The translations under genes were made by a program, and so were the position numbers. The notes below the pieces were generated by a model. The model was not told where the DNA came from and searched no databases. It was given only the letters and a program-made list of their open reading frames with translations. This document shows, piece by piece, positions 26,933 through 36,675 of a DNA stretch of 64,000 nucleotides. Position 1 is the stretch's first letter. Every line of letters begins with the position of its first letter. The stretch comes from an uncultured Prevotella sp. (GTDB lineage: Bacteria > Bacteroidota > Bacteroidia > Bacteroidales > Bacteroidaceae), in the NCBI GenBank assembly GCA_900317545.1, contig ONHE01000056.1, positions 4,101 through 68,100 of the forward strand, in the 5' to 3' direction.

Positions 26933-29900
26933 TGCCGATTTCGTTCAATATATTCGCTGGGCGAACAGTTGTAGACCGTTCGAAAGCACTTGCTGAAGTA
27001 GGCTTGCGAGTTGAAACCCGTTTGTATGGCGATGTCAAAGATCGAGTGGTCTGTCTCGGTCAATAGTTGAGCTGCCACCTCCAACCGTTTATTCTTGATC
27101 AGTTCGATAGGTGACAGCTGACTTACCGTCTTGAGTTTCTTGTAGAGGTTTGACCGGCTGACGCCGATTTCCTTGCAGATAAAGTCGATATTCAGGTCTG
27201 GATTCGAGATATTCTGTTCGATGATCTGGAAGAAGTTCTGTACAAAGATGTCTTTTGAGTTTTTGAGATCCAGTCCCAAGGCTTCTGGCGAGAAATGCTT
27301 GCCATAGACATCCTTAAGCTTCTCGCGTGTCTCTAAGATGTTTTTGACGCGGTGGATGAGAATGTCAATGCTGAATGGCTTGACAATATAGTCATCAGCA
27401 CCCGTTTCAAATCCCTCTATGATATGCTCTGCCATTGATCTTGCTGTCATGAGAACCACCGGAATGTGACTGGTCTGCATGTCCTCTTTCACAAGCCTGC
27501 ACAGTTCCAGTCCATCCATCACTGGCATCATGATGTCACTGATAATGATGTCGGGTTGCTGTGTCATGGCCAGTTGCAGTGCTTCCTTGCCGTTGGTGGC
27601 CTCCGTAACCTCAAACCACGGCATTAGGCTTTCCCTTACGTACTGTCTTACCTCTGCATTGTCTTCTACCAACAACACGGAGTAGGTGCGCCCGATCTTC
27701 ACCTTCATGCCAGTGGTGGCAGGTATCACGTCTTGTGTTACGAGCTCCTTATCGTTGTAGAGATCTTCGGGGCGATAGCAACGTTTGTCGGAGGCAAACA
27801 CTACGCTAAACGTGGCACCTCCCGTCTCATTGTTGCATGCCCAAATTACGCCATGGTGAAGATGAACGATGGCTTGCGTGAGACTCAGACCGATGCCTGA
27901 CCCCATTCCCGCTGTCGATGGCGAATTGGATGCTTGATAGAATGGTTCGAAGATTTTGACCAACTCTTCTTCCGGTATGCCTTGACCGTTGTCGATCACG
28001 CGCAGCAGCATGAGGTCTGTGTCTTTTGGCAAGTTAACAGTCAGCTGACTCGGTACATCTTCCAGTACTTTCTGGTCGGCGGGATCGAGGATGAGACTGA
28101 TGCGACCGTGATTAGGTGTGCTCTTCAGTGCGTTGGACAGCAGATTGAAGAGTATTTTTTCAAAGAGCACCTTGTCAAACCAAGCCATACGATGCTCTTT
28201 TTCATGGTTGTACGTGAGATCTATGTCCTTGTCAGCGGCAATACTTTTGAAAGCACCGTATATCTCGTCGACATAGGCATAGAGGTCGTGCTGTCCCACC
28301 TTGACCTGCATCTTTCCTGACCCACTCTTGCGGAGGTCCATGAGCTGATTGACCAATAACAATAGGCGTTGGGCGTTATTGTAGATCAGTTCTAACTTGT
28401 TCTTCATTTCAAGGTCGGGTGTGTGTCGGTTCATGAGGTGTTCGAGTGGCGAGAGAATGAGCTGTAAAGGAGTGCGCAACTCATGTGAAAAACTGGTGTA
28501 CATTGTCATCTTTGCCTGATGAAACTCGTTCTGCTGTTGCTGCACGCGCTGCTCATACACCAATGCTTGCTCCAGCGCACGTTTCTTGTTAATATAGTAG
28601 AGGATGAGGAACAGAATGCCAACCACCAAACATGCGTACAGTAGGTATGAATACCAAGTGGCCCAAATCGGTGGGCTCATCACGATGGGCAGCGTTCTGA
28701 TACTACTACTCCACAGCCCGTCATTGTTTGCCGCTTTCAGTTCGAAGACATATTTTCCAGGGCTCAAGTTTGTGTAGTAGGCCTCATGCCGGTTGCCTAC
28801 ATAGTTCCAGTCCTTGTCATGCCCCACCAGTCGATAAGCATACCTATTCTGCTGCGGATAGGCATAGTTGAGTGCGCAGTAGCTGATAGTGATGTTGTTC
28901 TGGTCATGTTGCAGTCTGAGAGTCTTTACATCGTCGAGCACAGTTTCAATTAGCCTGCCGTTTCCAGGAATAACCAATTTGTTATTTACTGCTAAACTGT
29001 TGAGCACGATGGGTGGAGCGTAGGTGTTCAGCGTCAGTCGGTTGGGATCGAAAGTCACGAAACCATTGCTGGCACTGAATCCGATATCGCCTCCAGGTAG
29101 CATGGCACCGCTGTTAGGCGAGAACTCTTGTACCCCCACCATATCTACTGCATAGTTGTGCATTTTGCGCTTCACTTGGTCGTAGCAGGTAATGCTGTTG
29201 CCGTTGCTAATCCATAGCCTGTTGTGCTTGTCTGCCACAATCATGTAAACCTCGTTGCTGGCCAGACCGTGTGCCTTGTCCACGGTCGTTGTCAATCCTT
29301 TGCCATCGATGTATCTGCATATACCTCCTCCAAAGGTCCCCACCCATACGTTCCCCATGTGGTCGCGTGTCAGGGTGGTTACATAGTTGGCCGGCAGGTG
29401 TTCCCTTTCCTTACTATTTTTATTGTAGGTCGTTATCACGCCTCGTTGGGTGTCGAATCTAATCAAGCCGTTATTGCGTGTGCCTAATAGGAGCACGCCG
29501 TGGCCCAAGGTTAGCATACACCTCATACTTGGGAAACCATATGATTTACTTAAACCCTTGATAGAGAACCTGCGCTTAATCTTACCGTCGGCAGCCACGT
29601 ATACCAATCCCATGTCGCCTTTTGATGTGGCCAGCCACATCCCTCCTTTAGGGTCATGCAGAATGCCATACACAGAAGTGGTCTGATGCAACGTCACCTT
29701 CTCTCTGAAACGGTGGGTAGTGGGGTCGAAGACAAAGACTTCACCTTCTGCTGTGCCGCACCAAAGTCTGCCATTGCCGTCAGAGCCTACACTCTTAATG
29801 ATGTTACGGCCTCTCGTGCCCCTAGGACCATGGTAAGGGTAACACTTGTAGCTGTCGGCCGAAACGTTATATTCGAGCAGTCCAGAGCCTTCGGTAGACA

Positions 29901-31053
29901 CAAATAATCTGTCCTTGCCAAAGGATATCATCTGTCCGTAGATACCCTGTTCGTCTCCGATTTGGTCGGCTGGTTCATGGAGCGTGAACCTATTATTGTA
30001 GACACTGAAATAGTTAGCTCCTCCGGAGTATGTGCCAATCCAAAGCCCGTTACTCTTGTCGGCGCAAAGCGAGTAGACGGAGAAGTGGCTGAGTTGACCC
30101 TTGCCCTTGCCATAGTGCTTCACGCGTGACAATTGTTGCGTGCTGATGTCTATGACAAACAATCCGTCGAAAGTACCCAGAAACAGTTTGTTGCCCATCT
30201 GCACTACAGTCCTGATGTTATTGGTCGTGAGCACTGTATTATAAGTATTGAAGGTCTGCATGCCGTTGGTACGTGGGTTATATCGGCACAATCCACCATT
30301 CTTGGTGGCAATCCATATCATGCGTTGTTTATCCTCGTATATCTCGGCAATGTCATCGTCAGGCAGACGGCATTCACCACTTGAACGTGTATAGTGACTC
30401 AGTCTGCGATTGCGAGGATTGTAGCGATATACCCCATTGACTTCTGTGCCTACCCAGATCTGTCCATCTGATGACTCTGCCAATGCAGTCACCGACTTAT
30501 TTTTCAGCAGGGGGATTAAGGGGAGTTGTCTGGAGGATTTGTTGGTGAGCTTATTGGAGGTATATGCAGACGCCAGCACATAGAGGCCGCTGGTCGTACC
30601 TACCCACAATCTGCCGCTGCTGTCCACCAGGAGTGCGCGTGCCCCTCCAACCAATGGTGTTGTGTGGGTGCCGACGAAGGCGCAAGCTTGTCCAGTGACC
30701 AAGTCAAACCGAGTGAGGCCACGCATGCTACCTATCCATAGTATATGTGTCGCGGTCTCGGCCATGGACGTGATATGGTTGTCGGCCAAACTGTGTTGTT
30801 CATCGTGGTCGTCGTGTTTATACACTTCCATTTCGTTGCCGTCATAGCGGTTGAGTCCATTTCGTGTACCCAGCCACATATAGCCCTTGTAGTCTTGGTG
30901 AATTTTCAGCACCGAGAGTTGTGACAAGTGATCTTTTAGTCCGATATTCCAGAAATAGTATGTGTCTTTTGCTTTACCCAGCATGATGTATGGTGTCAGC
31001 ACCAGAACGAGCGTGACCAAGATATGGATTAGTGAACGGGGGTAGATTATCAT
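26926..31053 (-). CDS. Hybrid two-component system (HTCS) sensor kinase/response regulator
   Basis: Beta-propeller repeats, Y_Y_Y domain, TM helix, SHELRTPL, NLLSNA, G-boxes, receiver SDIMMP, AraC HTH. Confidence 0.96.
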   Translation of the reverse strand: MIIYPRSLIHILVTLVLVLTPYIMLGKAKDTYYFWNIGLKDHLSQLSVLKIHQDYKGYMWLGTRNGLNRYDGNEMEVYKHDDHDEQHSLADNHITSMAETATHILWIGSMRGLTRFDLVTGQACAFVGTHTTPLVGGARALLVDSSGRLWVGTTSGLYVLASAYTSNKLTNKSSRQLPLIPLLKNKSVTALAESSDGQIWVGTEVNGVYRYNPRNRRLSHYTRSSGECRLPDDDIAEIYEDKQRMIWIATKNGGLCRYNPRTNGMQTFNTYNTVLTTNNIRTVVQMGNKLFLGTFDGLFVIDISTQQLSRVKHYGKGKGQLSHFSVYSLCADKSNGLWIGTYSGGANYFSVYNNRFTLHEPADQIGDEQGIYGQMISFGKDRLFVSTEGSGLLEYNVSADSYKCYPYHGPRGTRGRNIIKSVGSDGNGRLWCGTAEGEVFVFDPTTHRFREKVTLHQTTSVYGILHDPKGGMWLATSKGDMGLVYVAADGKIKRRFSIKGLSKSYGFPSMRCMLTLGHGVLLLGTRNNGLIRFDTQRGVITTYNKNSKEREHLPANYVTTLTRDHMGNVWVGTFGGGICRYIDGKGLTTTVDKAHGLASNEVYMIVADKHNRLWISNGNSITCYDQVKRKMHNYAVDMVGVQEFSPNSGAMLPGGDIGFSASNGFVTFDPNRLTLNTYAPPIVLNSLAVNNKLVIPGNGRLIETVLDDVKTLRLQHDQNNITISYCALNYAYPQQNRYAYRLVGHDKDWNYVGNRHEAYYTNLSPGKYVFELKAANNDGLWSSSIRTLPIVMSPPIWATWYSYLLYACLVVGILFLILYYINKKRALEQALVYEQRVQQQQNEFHQAKMTMYTSFSHELRTPLQLILSPLEHLMNRHTPDLEMKNKLELIYNNAQRLLLLVNQLMDLRKSGSGKMQVKVGQHDLYAYVDEIYGAFKSIAADKDIDLTYNHEKEHRMAWFDKVLFEKILFNLLSNALKSTPNHGRISLILDPADQKVLEDVPSQLTVNLPKDTDLMLLRVIDNGQGIPEEELVKIFEPFYQASNSPSTAGMGSGIGLSLTQAIVHLHHGVIWACNNETGGATFSVVFASDKRCYRPEDLYNDKELVTQDVIPATTGMKVKIGRTYSVLLVEDNAEVRQYVRESLMPWFEVTEATNGKEALQLAMTQQPDIIISDIMMPVMDGLELCRLVKEDMQTSHIPVVLMTARSMAEHIIEGFETGADDYIVKPFSIDILIHRVKNILETREKLKDVYGKHFSPEALGLDLKNSKDIFVQNFFQIIEQNISNPDLNIDFICKEIGVSRSNLYKKLKTVSQLSPIELIKNKRLEVAAQLLTETDHSIFDIAIQTGFNSQAYFSKCFRTVYNCSPSEYIERNRHQ

Positions 31054-31149
31054 AGGTATGTTTTCTGTTTCAAAGTGTAAAGTTACATCTTTTATTTCGA
31101 AATTGTGTCTGAATTTCTTATATTTTTGATTTCATCCATATAAAATGAT

Positions 31150-31182
31150 AAAAACGACATGCCTATTCTTATAAGCATGTCG
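31150..31182 (-). terminator. Rho-independent terminator ending the minus-strand susC operon
   Basis: CGACATGCTTAT-aaga-ATAGGCATGTCG followed by TTTTT. Confidence 0.8.
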
Positions 31183-31225
31183 CATGATTCTTTGGGTGTG
31201 TGCCTTAGGATGAGAGTTTGGAGCG

Positions 31226-32218
31226 TCAGTCGTGCGGCGTAGGGTTAGTGTTGGTTTGAGCTTCGTACACCTTGAAGTCGGCCAGCATCAAACTCTCATC
31301 TTTGATGCCGTTGGTGGGGCGATCGGTGAAACCGGTCAGCGTCTTGCCGTAGCTGCGATAGATACCAAACTTATTTCGAATACTCACGGCTCCCTTACGC
31401 CAGAGGTCGATATCATTAAATGATTTGTCTACCAAGATTTTACCATCGTTTATTCTTGTCATTTTGATCTTGAAACTACCATGATGGGTATAGTGCATCT
31501 CAGTCTCGACCTGTACCCATTGTCCCTCAAAGTCGCTTAGCGGCAGGTTGTCAATAATAGTGCCTTTTGAGGCAGATGGGATATCTCCGGTGTGGATAAC
31601 CTGCATTCTTCGGTTACTGCCGTCACCATCGCATCGTGGAGTGATGGTGATGAGAGGTGCTCCGTTGTTTCCTTCTTGTGCTTTGAGCTGATGAATATGG
31701 CAGAAATTTGTAGACGGCCTGAATTTTTTTGGTATCCTGAATTTCCATGACAGTTTTTGTCTCTCGTCCCAGTTACCATTGATCTTGTACCATGCGGATG
31801 ATGTCTGCGACTTCATCTCATTGCGTTGACGATCTATCAACTTGCCCCGGTCACCATCGAGCACCTCGTTGTTGGCATGGATGAAAAATTGAAAGACATA
31901 TTGCGCGATGTCGTTGTCGTATTCGACTTTGCAGTGTATGCCATTCTTGTCATCAATGTCTGAAAAATTCGGGTTTTCCGTATAGTCCCATCCGAAGCGG
32001 TGCATGTACTGGTTGATGGCGTTATAGTCTTTGCCCAAAAGCGAAGCGTCAGCTTGCATAGAACTTTCTAATGTGTATATGGGTTGGTTTGTTTGAGGAT
32101 TGGTGGGATGGGATATTGGCAATTGGGTTGTCTCTGTCTCTTTGGTGCAAGCTGAAACCGATGTAGCTACACAAAACGCTATCACCACCGATCCTTTAAT
32201 CAATACATTTTTTTTCAT
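31226..32218 (-). CDS. Lipoprotein with a beta-jelly-roll polysaccharide lyase domain (heparin lyase I/PL7-like fold)
   Basis: Lipobox VSAC; DRQRNEMK, FCHIHQLKA and KFGIYR match the R-x-E / Q / K-x-G-x-Y jelly-roll lyase pattern. Confidence 0.72.
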   Translation of the reverse strand: MKKNVLIKGSVVIAFCVATSVSACTKETETTQLPISHPTNPQTNQPIYTLESSMQADASLLGKDYNAINQYMHRFGWDYTENPNFSDIDDKNGIHCKVEYDNDIAQYVFQFFIHANNEVLDGDRGKLIDRQRNEMKSQTSSAWYKINGNWDERQKLSWKFRIPKKFRPSTNFCHIHQLKAQEGNNGAPLITITPRCDGDGSNRRMQVIHTGDIPSASKGTIIDNLPLSDFEGQWVQVETEMHYTHHGSFKIKMTRINDGKILVDKSFNDIDLWRKGAVSIRNKFGIYRSYGKTLTGFTDRPTNGIKDESLMLADFKVYEAQTNTNPTPHD

Positions 32219-32380
32219 GAAGTTTTAATGTGTTTGTCTGATTATGATGATTCTGTTGACTCTGCTGATTTAACCCCTTTGTCGCGCTTTACTTCGAAAT
32301 CTGTTGGTGAAATGCATTGGCTGCAGTCTTGGTGTGCACTATGTCGCTTTGCATGTCTGGGCAAAGCCCATGATCTTTAC

Positions 32381-33055
32381 TCAGCGCTTGTTGGTAGTGA
32401 TGATGATCACGCCGTTGGCGCCCCTCGCACCATATCCGCCACCGTCTTTTATCACCTCGATTTTGTCGATGTCGTTTACAGAGATTTGTCGGTCAACCTC
32501 GGCACTTGATTCATAGACCGTTCCATCGACTACAAAAAGTGCTTCGTTGCCCGATTCAAGCGAACTTCCCCCGCGGATAGTGACCAGAGAACCGTTGCTG
32601 CCCTCAGTAACGGTAACACCGGGGATGGAGGAGCGCAGTACGTCGTAGATTGTATTGGCTGACATGCGGGCAATTTGTTCGCGCACCAGTACATTAGATG
32701 CCATGGCACGTAGAGTTTGCCTGTAGGCTATCACCTTTTGTCGTGAGCCTTCTTTCAGCGTAAAACTTTGCTTGCCAAGGAGAAGCGTCACGTCCTTGTA
32801 AGAGCCAACGGCAAACACCGCCTCATACTTTCGGTTGACGGTGATCACCACGGTGTCGTGTGGTGTCGTGTCCACAAGCATCCAAACACCTTGGTCATCG
32901 GTAACAACCGAGGTGTTGGTATTCTTCTTCCAAACTTTCAATCCTTTGGCCGGACGCTGTTTCCTATCTATGATAGTTCCTTTAATCTGAGCCGACAGTT
33001 GGTCCGCTGCCAGTAGAGAAATCAGAACGATAGCTGCTATTCTTTTTATGATCAT
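32381..33055 (-). CDS. TonB-dependent receptor plug-only protein (N-terminal extension plus plug, no barrel)
   Basis: Signal peptide, IKGTIID, IPGVTV..IRG..LFVVDG, IEVIKDG..YGARGANGVIIITT, then stop. Confidence 0.85.
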   Translation of the reverse strand: MIIKRIAAIVLISLLAADQLSAQIKGTIIDRKQRPAKGLKVWKKNTNTSVVTDDQGVWMLVDTTPHDTVVITVNRKYEAVFAVGSYKDVTLLLGKQSFTLKEGSRQKVIAYRQTLRAMASNVLVREQIARMSANTIYDVLRSSIPGVTVTEGSNGSLVTIRGGSSLESGNEALFVVDGTVYESSAEVDRQISVNDIDKIEVIKDGGGYGARGANGVIIITTNKR

Positions 33056-33294
33056 GGCGTTTTATTCACAGTTTAACGAAAATGTTGTAGTTGCTTGCCA
33101 GAACTTGGACAGCAGTGATTGATACCTGCCCGATCCGTTGCCCATAAGGACAATATCTCATACGTTTCCGGATGCGGGCAGGGCGATGTGAAAGGGGCTG
33201 TCCTGTGGCTCATGACTCGTTGACCAGCTATTATATACGGAAGTGTTGGTACAGTCTGACAATTTGTCCAAAGATGTTCACAAGAGTGATATGC

Positions 33295-34380
33295 TTATTT
33301 GAGCAGATCGTCTGCGTTGGATGCATAGCAGTCATCGAGATAGAACTTGGGCAAATTACGGGCACCGTTGCCGTTGAGCTGGTAGATTTCCCAGTTGTTG
33401 ATGAACATGCTACCCCGGCATCCCATGTCTGTGCGTACGCGGTGAGCAATATCAGTCCTTAAAGCTTCGGAACCATCTACATAAACTACCAATATTTCGT
33501 CGGAGGCCATTCCTAAAGATACGGTGTGATATGCTAAGTTCTGAAAAATGTTCATGCTGTTGAGCAAGTGATACTCGTTGACTTCAGTCTTGACCCCCGT
33601 AGGGCTGACGTGCTGTACAATGATGCACACGTTCCACTCATTGGTGCCTTCCGCGGTGAGTCCATCCGTTAGGAGCGGATAGCCGTCAGTAGGAATGTGC
33701 GGATACCATTGTAAACGTATTTGTCCGATATAGTTGTTCTCATTTGTCAAGTCAGAGCGCATGTTCCATCGGTATTCCAGCACAGCATTGGCAGATTTCT
33801 TGCCCACGGTGATCGTCCTGGTGGTGGGCATGTTCCCATCGAATCCCAGTTTGGCACGCACGGAAAATGGTACGCGAAGTTCATCGTCGTTAAACGAATG
33901 GCGGATATAGCGCGTCGGTTCTGTGGATGAGTTGACTGTGGCTTGGAGATATTGGTTGCCAGCAGCGTCAGTTTTGATGCTGCTTTTAGCGTTCTGAAGT
34001 GAGAACGAGGTCTGGCTCTTGTTGCTGAACTTCTCAAAAAAGTAGCTCGATACATACATTTGATGCGAGCGAGTCTGCTCTTTGTTGCCCACCTTTGCAG
34101 TGCAGGTGATTGTATAGGTGCCCGGTACAGATGGGGCTTTCCAGGTCATCTCGTTCAGACCTTGGGGTTGGGTCAGAGTGCCGCCGTCGCAACTCCAGGT
34201 ATAGGTGGTGTGCCAAAGATCGCTTGAGTTGACGCACATCCACACTTTGACCTTTTGGTTGCAGTAAAACTCGTCACCCATAGTGTTGAGAGAGTCAATT
34301 GTCAGCGAATCGCTTTCGTCGCTGCAGGAGGTGAGCCCGGCTGCGATAGCCAATGATAAGATACAATGCAGGTATTTCAT
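33295..34380 (-). CDS. PUL surface lipoprotein (Ig/PKD-like N-terminal domain, probable glycan-binding protein)
   Basis: Lipobox LTSC-SDESD; YTWSCDGG..TWKAP..GTYTITC. Confidence 0.75.
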   Translation of the reverse strand: MKYLHCILSLAIAAGLTSCSDESDSLTIDSLNTMGDEFYCNQKVKVWMCVNSSDLWHTTYTWSCDGGTLTQPQGLNEMTWKAPSVPGTYTITCTAKVGNKEQTRSHQMYVSSYFFEKFSNKSQTSFSLQNAKSSIKTDAAGNQYLQATVNSSTEPTRYIRHSFNDDELRVPFSVRAKLGFDGNMPTTRTITVGKKSANAVLEYRWNMRSDLTNENNYIGQIRLQWYPHIPTDGYPLLTDGLTAEGTNEWNVCIIVQHVSPTGVKTEVNEYHLLNSMNIFQNLAYHTVSLGMASDEILVVYVDGSEALRTDIAHRVRTDMGCRGSMFINNWEIYQLNGNGARNLPKFYLDDCYASNADDLLK

Positions 34381-34401
34381 AATCGTTTCTTCTTGATGTT
34401 A

Positions 34402-35100
34402 TCAGTTGTTAATGTGAATCTGTCCCTGTCTGGGACGGTCGAGCCAGCTGTCCAAGACGTGCATGTATGACTTGCTCACGGTAGAATACAAATTGGCCGT
34501 GCGCGGCTTGATGGTTGACTTGTAGTGACCGTCGAAATTGTTGAAAACAATGTTCGGATTGCGGTCTTTGAGCAAGTACATGTTGACGTAAGCCGTGTCG
34601 GCCGAAGCACATGTTGGATACCACGTAGGTTCAGCCGACATGTTCGTAAAGGTGTATTCGCCCTTGACGATATGGTAGAGCAAGAATTCCTGCACCTGCT
34701 GCTTCGGGTAAGCAGTCATCGATATGGGTACATAGGTGATGGTGTCATCGGTGGCTTCGTCGATGTAGGTGATGGGATGTTGCATGAAGTAACTTTTGTC
34801 TGACTCGGTCTCTGAGTTGAATGCGGTGTTGGTGGGCAACAGGTAGGTCATGTTTGTTTGCTTGAAGGCGTCTTCCAGTCCGGCGTAGTCAATGGCTTCT
34901 TTGAGCAAAGAGAAGATATCGGTGCGCGATGTTATCCAGTCGTAGGTCGACATCTCAACCTTGTTATTGGCTAAGCCTGCTTTATAATCGTAGTCATAGG
35001 ATTCCTGGACATCAAGCCCGAAAACCTCACAGCTGGTAGTCATGCTTGAGATGACGACAGTTGCACATAGACAGGCTATCATTTTGCTTTTCATATTCAT
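34402..35100 (-). CDS. Fasciclin-domain lipoprotein
   Basis: Lipobox TTSC; AIDYAGL..TYLLPTNTAF, LLYHIVKG, HVLD; start at 35100 or 35094. Confidence 0.82.
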   Translation of the reverse strand: MNMKSKMIACLCATVVISSMTTSCEVFGLDVQESYDYDYKAGLANNKVEMSTYDWITSRTDIFSLLKEAIDYAGLEDAFKQTNMTYLLPTNTAFNSETESDKSYFMQHPITYIDEATDDTITYVPISMTAYPKQQVQEFLLYHIVKGEYTFTNMSAEPTWYPTCASADTAYVNMYLLKDRNPNIVFNNFDGHYKSTIKPRTANLYSTVSKSYMHVLDSWLDRPRQGQIHINN

Positions 35101-35119
35101 GATGTTTTTTAGGTTTGGG

Positions 35120-36661
35120 TTATCGTTCTGGGTAGGGTGGGTTCTGGTCCCCTTCGAGTGCTTTGTTTGATTCGAACTCGCGGTAGTATATGGGCCAATA
35201 ACATGTGCCCTCATCTCCGAAACCGGTGACAGTGACTCCGGCTTTCTCTTGTCGCTGCGAGTAGATTGGCCCCATCACCTTGACGAGCTTGCCTGTGCGC
35301 ATGAGGTCAAACCAGCGTTGTCCCTCACCGTAGAACTCAATTTGCCGTTCCTTGAGAATCAGATTCTCAATTTCTTCGACATTGTCAGGTGACGAAACGT
35401 CGAGTGTGGCGTCGCGCAGGTAGCCAACGCGCTGTCTCAGCTGGTTGACAATGGCCAGGGCCTCAGCCCCGCGCCCCAGTTTGTTGAGGGCTTCGGCCCG
35501 CAGGTAGTAGACGTTGCTGAGACGCATGAACACCTGTTTGATCTCACTGTCGGTGGTGTTGAGCACAGTATAATAGGACTTGAAGCTTTGGTTGTTGGCA
35601 TCGTATTCGGCATTGGGGTTCTTAAGACTATATTTGATGCACTTTTGTATGCCTGAGACATTGTAGCTGGCATAGCTCAATGGCACGCGGCTACCATTAT
35701 AGAACAGCGCGATCGTGTCGAGGGTACACCACAGACGTGCATCTTTGCCCTCGCCCGAATAGAGTCGGTCGATGAGCTCGTCGAAGAGCGGTTCGGCCAT
35801 CTGATAACCGTTGTTGGTGTTGGATGCTCCCATAAGACCGGGCCATCCGCTCGATGCACCGTTGTTGATATAGCTCCACGACATGGCGAAAATGTCTTCT
35901 TTTGATCCTTCAGGATTCTCAAAGGCAGCCTTCCATTCCACTTCGTCTGCAGCCAGGCTGTAGTTCTTGTTGTTGATGAAGTAGTTTGATGCTTCCAGTG
36001 CCTTGTTATACTCGTGATACCACATGTATACCTCTGTGCGCAGGTCGTACATGGCAGCCAGGCTGAGATAGTAGACGCTGCTGGTATTTGAGATCATGAA
36101 ATAGTTGATGGCTTGGTCTATGTCGGCGAGTATTTGTGCCTTCACCTCGTCAAGCGATGCTCTCGGTGTGCTGATGGTGTTGAGATTGCCGTCCCATGTG
36201 TCGTTGACGATGGGCAGACGACCCCATACACGCGTTGCGTAGAAATACATGAAGGCGCGCATGCCGTAGGCCTGTGCCATGTAAGGCGCATATTCCGATT
36301 CCAGCACGTTCGGGATGGTGGGATACATTTTGATACCCGTGTTGCACCGGGTAATGCACTGATAAACAGACTGCCAGTTGGATTCACTCATGGTGGGAGT
36401 GAGAGCATTCATGTAGATGTTATTGTTGACATAGCCTGTGGTTTCAATATTGTCGCTGCGGCAGTCGCCCCAAATGGCTTGGTTGCGCTGCAGCGCGCTC
36501 TGGAATGCGCCGTAAATGCCGGCGTTCCAGTTGGTCATCTCAGTCTTGTCCTTGAAATAATTTTCAGGGGAGAGATCTGACAGCGGAGATCTGTCCAGGA
36601 AGTCGTTGCAGCCGGAGAGCGATATCAGCATGGTGGCTGCTATGATAATTTGTTTTTTCAT
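35120..36661 (-). CDS. susD: SusD/RagB family lipoprotein
   Basis: LSGCNDFLD; RAFMYF..WG; YLRAEAL; ERQIEFYGEGQRWFDLMR. Confidence 0.95.
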   Translation of the reverse strand: MKKQIIIAATMLISLSGCNDFLDRSPLSDLSPENYFKDKTEMTNWNAGIYGAFQSALQRNQAIWGDCRSDNIETTGYVNNNIYMNALTPTMSESNWQSVYQCITRCNTGIKMYPTIPNVLESEYAPYMAQAYGMRAFMYFYATRVWGRLPIVNDTWDGNLNTISTPRASLDEVKAQILADIDQAINYFMISNTSSVYYLSLAAMYDLRTEVYMWYHEYNKALEASNYFINNKNYSLAADEVEWKAAFENPEGSKEDIFAMSWSYINNGASSGWPGLMGASNTNNGYQMAEPLFDELIDRLYSGEGKDARLWCTLDTIALFYNGSRVPLSYASYNVSGIQKCIKYSLKNPNAEYDANNQSFKSYYTVLNTTDSEIKQVFMRLSNVYYLRAEALNKLGRGAEALAIVNQLRQRVGYLRDATLDVSSPDNVEEIENLILKERQIEFYGEGQRWFDLMRTGKLVKVMGPIYSQRQEKAGVTVTGFGDEGTCYWPIYYREFESNKALEGDQNPPYPER

Positions 36662-36675
36662 TGTATCGGTGTTTA

